This document shows positions 12,501-24,500 of a stretch of 64,000 nt of DNA, one piece after another. The notes under the pieces are model-generated. The model was given only the letters and a program-made list of their open reading frames with translations, searched no databases and was not told the DNA's origin. A program made the position numbers and the translations under genes. How positions within the stretch are numbered: position 1 is the first letter of the stretch; every line of letters starts with the position of its first letter. This DNA is from Laetmonice hystrix (lineage: Eukaryota), in NCBI GenBank assembly GCA_965235115.1, contig OZ249436.1, positions 55,554,001-55,618,000 of the forward strand, read 5' to 3'.

Positions 12501-15500
12501 TCATTGTTGGACGTTTATTTAGATAACAGTAGCATTATTGTGGATCCAGTTGAGTGCTGATAAAGTAATTATTCTGAAAGGAAATGCTATCCCGACTCAC
12601 ATAATGAACTTACAGAATGTTGTTGGAGATATAAAACAATACAATAATTCACGGATAGTGCATTGTGCCGTGTACATGTACACGGCATGATTACTCTACT
12701 GTTAATTCCGTTTTATTAATAATGAATACAAACGTAATATCACCCGACTTGTGCACCTAAAAGCACTAGGGGCTCATATAAATTACATTACGTCCCTCAC
12801 GGCGATAAATACTGATATACACTTTTTTCCTGGCGTAATGATTATTGTAATTCAGACTATAGTCGTTGCTTGAACAACACTTTAGTTTTTGTCTATAGAC
12901 GGTGTTATTCTACTACCATGTTAGGCCTTTATTCACGAAATTAATATTTGAAAAAAATATTGACAGCCAAAGAGTATGAATCTTTATGATTCTTCTACAG
13001 GTCTGACTGCTTGTAGTTAGTGCTAGTCACCATATATCCTTTGCACAGCGTAAGCATTGTGGCAGGCCATGCCCAGCAGTTGTCAGGCCCGTATAATTTG
13101 CAAGGTTACGTTATGCCAACACTCCGGTCACATGACGTCTTACTGTGACGTGGTTATTAACAGATGAGTCGTTTCTTAGCGCCAGGGGGCGCGCACGATG
13201 GCGTTCCGGCCACAACCGGTGACACGTGCTTGTGACAGTTCTGAAATTGGAGAACTCGCAAATACAGGGCTGGTTGCCAACAAGGCATGCACATAATGTT
13301 ATGAATGTAACGGAAAAGTTTGTGACGAGCTATCTTTCTTCCAGAATAGAATCTACAGTTGGAACTTTTGTTTCAGAGGTATCATTCCTTTATAATGAAA
13401 AAAGAGAAAATAATTTGTCAATTAAATTGGCTGCATAGACTGAAAAACTTTGGTTCGTCATAATGACTAATAAAGGTTTGTTATCTGTCCATCTCGACAA
13501 ACAGACATTTTAAAAGTCATTCTGACTAACTGTCTTGTTCGTCAGACTGACTAACAAGTGCAGTTTGGGGTAGGCCGCAAGTATAGAAAAAAATAGAGTC
13601 AATAATGTAGTTACACTAATCCAGTTCAGTATCACGATGACAAATAATGGAGGCGAATCTATCGGAAATTTATTGAAAATTTGTATTGGGGGAAAGGGCT
13701 CTCAAAAAGTAGGGGCTTCAACCTCCAGCTCCCCCACAGGTCCCCCCCCCCCCCCACCCGCTTCCACAGTGCTTGATCTCCAATACCGTCGTAAAGGGAG
13801 GAGTGTTGGCGTATCTGTAGTAACTCCCAGTAACTGATTCTAACAAACATGTCAGAGAGGCCTAAAGATTCCGGCCGATTCTACGCGCGAGATAATTTCC
13901 ACTCGGGGTATTTGCAGTGACACATTTAAAACGTGTCCAAAAATTCAATTCAGCATAGGTTTATTAATTAAAATTCAGAATGTCTATACGGGCCTCGGAC
14001 TCTACCATGGAAGGTAAAACTTGCCGGGGGAGGGGGGTGATTTAACCTTGTAAGGATTAAGTCAGATGAACAGGTATCATACAGGGTCAAGGAATTACAA
14101 CCACGGTGTGATTTCTTCATTTGATTCCCGAAGCCCGTGGGTTATTTCACATTTTTATTGGATCAGAAAGAAGCTGTTCGAAACATTGCTTTCAATAGGG
14201 ATCGCGAGTCGATAGCGGGAGCGTTGGTAACGAGGCGCCTCATGAAGATGGAGAAACCCGTTCCTTTCCCAAGCTCTTGACATACGGACACGATCGAAGC
14301 AGCAGTGGGCCTGTAATATCACAGCAATGAGAGCTGAACGACTTACCCACCTCCTCCCCACTCACGGTAATAGAAAACTTTGGCCATCTGCTCTACACTC
14401 CACTGACAGCGGGGATCTACAGTTTCATTGTTGGTTTCACCTTTCGTTTATCTCTCCTTAAGCGAAGATCAGGGGATCAAAATACCTTGGCGGATTTGGT
14501 AAAACACGTCATATTTCCGTGTTCAAGCCAATATAGCAATAGGAACCTTACTGTTGAGGATACACGGGTTGCATTAAACATTTATAGGTAACAGATTTTA
14601 CCGCCCTCACAGCATCGCATAACAAGATACAGCTTGTTTGTAAATCCTGCGCACACTTTGCCGAATAAGAGGGAAGTATAATAGGAACAGATGCTTCCAC
14701 TCTTTATCCAAATGTCAGGTCAGTATTTTATTAAAAGCCGCACTTTTAGTGAACTTTCAAATATTGCAGAGACAGCGGTAATGAGATATATGATACCCCA
14801 GCCGAAAAATGTATACTAATGACGGGCATCACTATGGTTTCTCTAAAATCAAATCAATTAGAGTTGACTGTTGACTAGTGTTGAGTGTTCATTAACAGCG
14901 AAATGAATGCATTTGGTCTCACGAAACCATTAAGAGATGCAGGCCTGCAGGATCCGGCATGTAATACAAGTTCTCATGAGACGTGTTTATCAAAGCTTTA
15001 GAGGTTTGGATGTGAATTTTTATATTTTCTACCGTTATGTGCAAACGTTTATGATTCTGCATGATAATAATCATAATGTATCATGTACCATGGAATGGTT
15101 GCTTTTTATTTGCTGTTGGCGCAATAACCTAAAAAAATCCCAGCAGGAAACCAGACGCATCTCTCGTCGGCTGCTTGACGACAACTTGACATGATAGAAC
15201 ATGCCACTTTCGGCCAACTCCCCATCTCGACTGACGCCATAACTCGGCGAATACGTTTTTTTTCTCTCGTAACAACATAAGGTGCAACGCTATTCACACC
15301 AACTGATTACACACACTCACACCCACACCCACACTCACAACTCACACCTAGGGATTAAAAATTCTCAGGATGGGGGACAAAAACAAGGAGTGGATCAATA
15401 AGGTTAAATCGAGCACTAATGTAGACTCCGGTCGTGTTCGGCATGGACCTAGGGATCTGAGGCATGATTGCAGGAAGTTCAACAAAACAATGCAAGGCCG

Positions 15501-18500
15501 ACGGAAGCTTGTTAAGTGTTGGGTGGAAGTGTATCTTTTAACATATTGCTTTGTAATTTTAGTGAGGACAATAATTATTCTTCCGCTCATGGATTGGTGC
15601 ATGTATTCTATATCGGGTGTCCCAGAAAGAGTATGGTTATTGTGTGAAAACTTTTCAATGAAATCTGGGACACCCGATACTAGTGGACCCCTGGACTATA
15701 GTAGGTAGTTCCCCAGCTGGATGTGTCCGGTAATCTGGATATGTCCGCAAAAGTCAGCTATATGTCTGGTGATCCGGATATGTCCGCATATGACAGCTAA
15801 ATGTGTCTGGTACCGGACACATCTAGCTGATATTTGCGGACATATCCATTTCTTCGGACACATCTTGCTGATGTTTGCGGACATATCTCCTCTCGGACAT
15901 AACTAGCCGTTCGGACGTATCTAGCCAGAACAGATGTGTGGTAACGCTGCGCTCTGCCATTTTCAGTTAGGGACATCGTTTATTACGGCAAGTCAGCGAA
16001 CTCTGCCGGGGTATACACCAGTCCTGTCTGCACGAAGTCCGGCTGTCCGTAGCAATGCATCCAGTAATGTCATATACATGTACTGTCTACTTCGCCTACT
16101 CTGGCTGGCCAACAATAGCAGAATGCTCGGGAGGATGACTCTATTGCATCAAGGGAAGAACTAGATCACCAGAGACTGGGACGTGCCATGAAAATATATT
16201 CTGGGCTGAGCTACATGAACGAGATGGCTCCTTTTGGATGGCTTTCATTGTCAAATTTCATTACTTTCATGTCGAAGAAACAATTCACCATGAACACATC
16301 CTACTAGAGCCCTCGGAGTCGAGGGGGAGGTTGATATTGATCTGGCGTACATTGTTATTAAGGCGACTGTCTCAATAACAGCAAACTGGTGTACCAAATA
16401 GTGGCGAGAGGCTGTTGGGGCAAGGAGCTGTCAATCAAAGTATAGCCTCTTGTGAATCGATTCATAAAAGAAACCCCCCATGCAGACTTGTGTTGCAAGT
16501 GTTTTCCAAGAGAGGACATATTATTGTAACTGTCCCAAGGGACAGGTGCTTATTCCAATTTAAAGGTCGCTGTCCCTGTGGAGCACATGTTCTTGAACCG
16601 CTATCCCCCTTTTCCTAGTATCAGTATAGATTAGTTTCCCCGATAAATCTACGTTATTAATATGGTAAGATGGAAATAAAGATTAAAAACATCTAAAGAG
16701 GACGTTCCTGCCTTTACACTAAACTTAGGTTACAGCTCACGGAGTTTCCTGCGTGTTCCTTTCAATGCATTTTCTTCTCGGACTTCCGCGCGACAGACAT
16801 GGTAATGGGTACGTTTACCAGGAAAAGAAACCCACCAAATATTTGCGCATTTAATGCCACGACATAGAAACCCTTTAACTGGTGATCAAAAGCCTCTCAC
16901 AAAATATTGTCTTAATGCCGTTGTTGCATGGCGGTTTTGTATGCCCAGCGTTTCCGTGATTGCTCAATTAATCATTACGCTGCAGTCTTAATATGGCGGG
17001 AACGCACACAGTCATTGTAAGAGACTGGACAGTACGCCGTACCATGCAAAAAAGTCCCATTTTCGGTTATCATATCAAGGAGCCGTTCCAACTCTCTCCT
17101 TGGCCATGGGTGCTGCAAATTCTGGCGAGTCTCAGATATTTGTAACCTGGTCTTCTTACGCATAAAGGAACAGGACATCATAAAGTGAGGACATTAATGA
17201 GCTGGGCTTTTGTATAGAACAGTTGTATGACGTGCTGTTGAAAGGAGGCAGTAGGTGATATGATAAGGCTGGCACGTCAAGCTACCTCAGTCACTGTACT
17301 CCATGAATGCTTAACAGATTATGTAATGTCATTTTCATCTGATACCTCTTCATGGGCCAAGCGCTGAGACTTCATCCTTTCATTCACCACCTAAACACTA
17401 ATCCACGGTAATATACTCAGCAAAGGTAGTGTGATCATGTGATCATGTCTGTGCATGCGCATTTCGGGTAACAAAATGCCGGATGATGGATGTGTTTGGG
17501 ATCCGTCCGAGTGGGTGGAGTCGCCGTGCGCCGATAGGAGACTCAATTCAGTTTCTCTTTGACAAAACCTGCCACACCGCCGACGGGCTCCAGCATGCCA
17601 GCTGCAAAATCGAATTGGCATCACTAATCAGGATTCCTTGCATGGCTTGTCTCTGTTCTAAGGCCAACAGTAAGCGTCACCCACAGGCCCACAACAACAC
17701 CCACAGAAATATTGTGACGTCAACAAATTACATCCTTTACGATTTAAAAAAATAACTAAAAAAAAGAAAAAGACAAGCACTAACGATGAAACAAAATATA
17801 GAAATCATGATGGTATTAATGGCTGATTCAGACTGAAACTGAACGGCTATGTTTACTTTAATGGTTACTGGTTACGATCAGCTCTATAACATTTTTATGT
17901 ATGTTTTACAATAAAGATTTTACCGATGAGTGGAAGGCAATATACTCAGAAAGGGTGTGTTCCGGCGAGATATGTCCGAACGGCTAGTTATGTCCGACAG
18001 GAGATATGTCCGCAAACAGGAGCTAGATGTGTCCGGAGAAATTGATATGTCCGCAAATATCAAACTAAAAAAATCAGGGATTGGTTTGACTCTTCAGGGT
18101 CCAAATCCTAACGTTCGTATCTGGCGTCTGAAGACACACGATAGCCCATTGAGAGTCAACTGGTTTGGAACCTTGCCGCAGATTGAGCACACTGACGGGG
18201 TACGGGTTCTATTTATAGAACCCTTTAGAAGAGTTGTCCACGGATCCCCGAGTTTCACCCTCACCTCTCCCGTGGACACCAACCGAGCCGACCTCTTCGT
18301 ACTGTCAGGTTTTCAACAGGGTCTGTTTCCAGACTACGACCGAACGTGGAGACCCGAGTCTCGCCTTTCCTAGACAGTTGTACAGTGTTACTAATTGCTT
18401 TATAAATATACACACCCTATTGGTCGGGTACCACAGAACAGGTGTGACAGACACAGCACAGGGGTTGATCACGATATGAAACTTTATCTCAGCGAAATCA

Positions 18501-21500
18501 CAAATAAAGAAACTTGTATACATCCAGGCAACAACGACTCATGCCAAAGTCCTTTTGACGAAGGTGACACCAAGCGTCAATATCCACATTGCAGGTATTG
18601 GTGGTATCTGTGATGGATGCTGCCATCTGGTGGTCAGTTGTATATAGGCGCAATCTTGAGGATAATCTGCGGATATGTCCACAAATGTCAGCTAAATGTG
18701 TCCAGTAATCCGGATATGTCCGCAAATGTCAGCTAAATGTGTCCGGCAATCTTGATATGTCTGCAAATATCAGCTAGATGTGTCCGGTACCGGACACATC
18801 TAGCTGATGTTTGCGGACATATCTCCTATCGGACATAACTAGCCGTTTGGACGTATCTAGCCGGAACGGGGGGGGGGGGGGATTTCTGACAAGTTCCTTC
18901 ATGATGCTTAAATGCTAGACGGCAGTAACTTACGTAAAGCACCCTTTCCCACTCAATAATGATCTTCTCCGCCGGAGCTCCGGCAATGGTTTAATCGTGT
19001 CGTGACTAATAATTAATGCGAGGCGTTCCCTAGTGAACCTTCAGTTGACCCACGGTCGTCCCCTGAAGGCCCCGTCGATTAAACATTTGATCTCTACTTG
19101 TGTCGAGTTGATAAGTGACTGCTAACGCAACAAAACATTGCTATTCTGGCAAGACAGAGCCAATTTCCCAGTACACCAACAATTTGACTGCTGCATTAGT
19201 AGACGAAATGAGCGACTAATACACCTGTGGTGATGGCTCGAGACCAGATGGTATAGATAATGTGGCAATTTTAAGGGGTCAAATTTTGTACAAGTAAAGT
19301 GATGCCGACACATCTTACAAGTGATGGGAAGTGCTCATCATAGCCGACTGCTCTTGATGGCACACAGCAGCTCTCCTGTCATGCTTTTTTTTTAAGTGGT
19401 TCAAATGAAAGAATTTTAAAGACTGCTTGTGATGTTAAGTGGACTCCGGTCAATCGAAAAAAGAGAAAAATCCTCAAACTACATCTTGTATTATTTAGGT
19501 GATTGAGATGATGACTTTTTGAGGCAGGATTATATTTCCACTACTGAAGCACTAACTTATGTAGGCTAAATATTCAACCTTGAGGGCATGCGGGCATCCC
19601 GTGTTCACCGGGAGACTTCATATTCTCATAGTTCTATGATATGCTGTAGTTCCAGGCACCGCTCATAATAGTTGATCGATTTCAAAGGTGATATCACCAT
19701 TTGGTTTTGGCAAGCCAACAACTTCCAGGGAGACTTGGGAGCAAACGGGGGAAAAACTGAAATCTGAAATCAAAGATGTGCACCGACCAATGCCTGTTGC
19801 TAAATACTGGAGATTCTTCCTTCTCGCCGAAGTCTACATAGCCCAAATAATGGTCATAGCTTAACCAGCAAGGCTCCAATAGCTCGCAAATTGGGAAAAC
19901 ACCCCACCACATTTCCATGACCTGAGCGCCGAAGGTTTTCGCCAGATGTATGGGCCTTTTGTAATTTGGGCGATAATTGGGACTTGTTATCGAACCACCA
20001 TGAGGTCAGGAGTTTAACCCACATGTAAAATTAATGTTCGTCAAATTGCCCCTGGGAAGGGGTCTTAAGCACAAGTAGAATATCAATTAGGTACAATCCT
20101 CTTGGCAACAGGTGAAATTAGACGCATTAGTGAAGGCTTAATCGGACCTTCGTCAGCTGCGTATGAAACAACGTGGCAGGTTGCCTGTGGGTTTCGGTGG
20201 GATGAACGAATTGAGCCAACGATCATTGTGATCAAGGAAGCGGAATGCCCCAATTACATACAGGCGGAGGGGGGGGGGGGGGGTTGAGGGGCAGACTCAA
20301 CTGGCCCAGAATCAGAGGAGGTGGCTGCCTTCTCTGCTTCATCCTGGCATTAGTTTAATTGGCCTCACACTAGCACTTGTCCTTAAAGTCTTTCTCACCT
20401 TATTTCTACACATCTGCGTTCCGGCTATATGTCGCCCCCACTCCACAAGAGTGAAACTGTATTACAATCATGTTGTGACGAACAGGGGGTTGTACTCACA
20501 GACTGTAGCACAAATTACATGATATTTGAATGGTGCTCCCTCACTCAAAACTTGTAATTAATTGTCAACAGAATATTCCTAGTATTTCAACCGCCCGACA
20601 AGAAAAGCCCATGTAAAAGAAACGGTTGTTGTCGCGCGGATATTGCCTATTTATTAACATTAACTGCTGACAAGGATAAATCACAAACGCCAACTCGGGA
20701 ATCGTGGAGTTATTACGAGAATTATGGTTATGGTGAACGTATACGACAGGCAAACCATGGAAAATTATAGAAAAAAAGAAATAAAGCAGAGTATAAGAGA
20801 ATGACCGAGAAGAAGAAAAGTGGAAGAAAGAAGGCAAAGAAGTAAAAAAGAAAGAAAGAAAAAGCAAGAAAGACGCTCTTTTATGTACATAATCTGAGAC
20901 AGAAAAAGCAATGGATGGAACACGGCCTTGGAATGGTGGTGTTGGGTGGGGTGGGGTGTTGGGGTAAAGCGGTGGAATGCGTGATAATCATAACAATAGG
21001 TGTGAAAGTGCAGCAGGTGCAGGAGGAATAAAATGCGCACGTGTGACAACGTCAGCCACGCAGGTTGAAGCGACTCTAAGACAGAGTGTGTGGATGAGCG
21101 GGGTCTAACACCCAGTCTGACGTCGACATGTAGCGGACAAAGCGGAGAGACCGTCGGCTGCACCGCTCCTCCATCTTTCATACCACGTGACAATCTCCCG
21201 ACACCTCATGGTGTGACTTCTAGTGACCTCCTCTTCCAGCTGGGTCTCTCACACCCCTACTCAGGAGGATGCGTGCCTCACTTATATATGTAAGAACGAA
21301 TCTTGGTATCGAATTATAAAATAGCATCACCATTTTGCAGGATGTTTGTTCAAAAGCGGACGTGTCGGTTCTTTGAATTCGCCATGCTCCTCTTTTCCTC
21401 TCAAGTACTTTCATTATCGTAATTTTAATTGCCAATTTCCTCTGTGTATTCCAGCCAAACTCAAAGGAACGTCGGGAAAAGAATTTGTGGCGTCCGATGA

Positions 21501-24500
21501 ACAGCGTTTGTTCCGGAAGTTGATGAGAAATTACGAGAAGTCAGTTCGGCCCGTCATCAACGCCTCCACCCCGGTGTCGGTCAGATTAGGGATCACACTG
21601 ACCCAGATCTTTGACCTGGTGAGATTTGGAGGGATGCAAATAGTTCCTAATAACCAGATTTTAAGGATTAATTATTAAATGACGTCCTGTTGATAACTAC
21701 TCTCTCGTCACTACTACTGTCACAATCAAAGTGTGAATCTCAATAGAACTCCTTGTTATTATGTCCGAGATTCATCGTTTCGGAAAATCGGTATCTTATG
21801 TCGTTTAGAATTATCAGTCGACTGCAGAGCCTGAATACATGACCCATTCAGCTGCGTGTGCCCCGGATGTATCTATCTTCCTGGCAACACAACACGGCAG
21901 TCTGGGTGGGTCACGTGATTATCTGAGCTGTCTACATCTGCTCTCAGTGGCATTTTAATCCTTGCCAGATGCCCTCTTGCGATAAGAAAACTAACTATTC
22001 ATTCCTTTTTTTTGTCCCCGGGGAGTCGCATGAGGACAATTTCGATAATTGTTTAAAGATAATCCCAGAACACTCTCCTTGTTCGCAACCCAAAGAAAAT
22101 CAGAAACAAAAAATAACAGCAAGCCAACGCGCTGGATGGACTAGAGGCATTTAATTGAAAAGTCGGGACATGAACGCTTTACGACATAACATGAAGTGAT
22201 TCAAACCCGCGGAAATCAGATTTGTTCAAGAATAATTTTTCGGCTCCTCCAGCTGTTGCATGAAGTGATGTCGTAACAAGGAAGATTATCCCCAAATGTC
22301 ATTACGGAAGTGCTCGCAGCGTCTCTGACGTTTGCAAATTCGGAATAATGGGTCTTTGTTCTGTTTTTCAGGACGAGAAGAATCAAGTTCTAACCGTCAA
22401 TGTTTGGCTCGATCAGGTAAATATGTGTATTCACCAGAACTTGTTCAGTGAAAGGTAGGCTTGTTTATGATAAGGTTGCAGTGAGAGATATATGTGTATT
22501 CACCAGAACTTGTTCAGTGAAAGGTAGGCTTGTTTATGATAAGGTTGCAGTGAGAGATATATGTGTATTCACCAGAACTTGTTCAGTGAAAGGTAGGCTT
22601 GTTTATGATAAGGTTGCAGTGAGAGATATATGTGTATTCACCAGAACTTGTTTACTGAAAGGTAGGCTTGTTTATGATAAGGTTGCAGTGAGAGATATTG
22701 TGTACTCACCAGAACTTGTTCAGTGAAAGGTAGGCTTGTTTATGATAAGGTTGCAGTGAGAGATATATGTGTATTCACCAGAACTTGTTCAGTGAAAGGT
22801 AGGCTTGTTTATGATAAGGTTGCAGTGAGAGATATATGTGTATTCACCAGAACTTGTTCAGTGAAAGGTAGGCTTGTTTATGATAAGGTTGCAGTGAGAG
22901 ATATATGTGTATTCACCAGAACTTGTTTAGTGATAGGTAGGCTTGTTTATGATAAGGTTGCAGTGAGAGATATATGTGTATTCACCAGAACTTGTTCAGT
23001 GAAAGGTAGGCTTGTTTATGATAAGGTTGCAGTGAGAGATATATGTGTATTCACCAGAACTTGTTCAGTGAAAGGTAGGCTTGTTTATGATAAGGTTGCA
23101 GTGAGAGATATATGTGTATTCACCAGAACTTGTTCAGTGAAAGGTAGGCTTGTTTATGATAAGGTTGCAGTGAGAGATTAAGCATCGAGTGACCTCATGA
23201 CAACCTACATAAAGGTTCCAACTGTTTTGCTATAAGCCATTACAAAATAATCTAATTTCAGAGTTGTTTTTCCTATGTTTGCCATGGTCTAATTTTGAGA
23301 CTGAAACCGAACACCGGCGTTCATCTTAAATCATCAAATAATAAAAAAAATATGACTTAGAAATTAATTTTTGCAGCCTTTCAGACTCCGAGAACCTTTA
23401 CTTGTCCACCAACAATGGGGACGCACCCATATGAATCGCGGTATGCCCCTGTATAAATAAGAAGGCAAAGAGCCACAATATTCTTCTCCATCGCCCTTTA
23501 GAATGTTCCTATATCGGCGCCGAGGCCGAGGTAATGAGTTCCTTCTCTGGCGGTCCATCGGTACTTTCCAGGAGTACAAGTCTGAACCCTCCGAAAGTCA
23601 TTCGTTGATTGATCTACCACGTGTATCGGACAAGCGTATTGACACTAGATGTAGCTTGTTTGACAGTGAAGGATTCCTTTGGTGGAGAGGACCTGCCATA
23701 GTGCAGGTCACGGGAGGAAATGTTCTGGTGAAGAAGGGGTAAATGTCTATTTCTCTAATTCACAGGGGCCTCAAAATCTGTTGAGTTCTATGGTCCAGTA
23801 CAATAATATGAATGGCTGTCAGGAGCACTGGGGGGGGGGGGGGGGTCGTTATTGACTTCCACACATTATCTGGAGATATTTGTATTGATACAGACTCACA
23901 ATTCTATCAAATGAATTCGGCCTGGAATCCCAACCCAAGCCATCTTCTGAGACGACCTCGTCGACACCAATGAGACCTTGATGAACTGGGCCCGTGTGGG
24001 TGTTTCATCATTCCAGACAGGTTCGCTCGTTAATGGAAAACCAATCCCCCCTCCCCCACCCACACTCCCACCCAACCTCTCCCAACCTTCCACCTGTAAC
24101 AGGGCACTGCCTCAGGTATTCGATCGTCAGACCCATACCAATAACGACTCAGAGCTTGTGACTGGTTCTGATGTATGACGATGTGAAACTGCTACTCCCT
24201 GAGGCGGGTGGAAGAGTTTGGGTTGGTGGACATCAGGGGTCGGGGGTGTTGGTAGTGGAGAGGGCGTTAGGCCGTGGGAATGGCGTCTGTACTGATTCTA
24301 TTATTTCTGGCAGGAGTGGAATGACGAGAAGCTGAGTTGGAACCCTGGCAAATTTGGCGGAATAAAAACTTTGCGTTTGCCCTGTCAACACATCTGGATT
24401 CCCGACATTGTTCTCTATAACAGGTAGGCGGTTGATCTGGGAGGATTGGGTTATACCATATAGGTGTTCTTTAAGATTCTTTAAGGTCAACAGACGGTGA

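Noticed and set aside
12026..12614. Possible solo LTR (TG...CA)
   Set aside because: No matching TSD, second copy or PBS/PPT could be identified.
18075..18350. Group I intron, rRNA fragment or hammerhead as the identity of the structured domain
   Set aside because: P7-like AGACUA/UAGUC halves are not in the required order, rRNA resemblance is limited to short motifs, and the CUGAAGA near 18092 lacks stem II and GAAA.
17930..18373. 147-aa ORF
   Set aside because: Spans the junction of a foldback arm and its insert, has a GTG start and no recognisable domain.
22448..23181. ORFs with 23-aa repeats ([23 protein letters not shown])
   Set aside because: By-product of a 69-bp intronic minisatellite; GTG starts and a frameshift in one unit.
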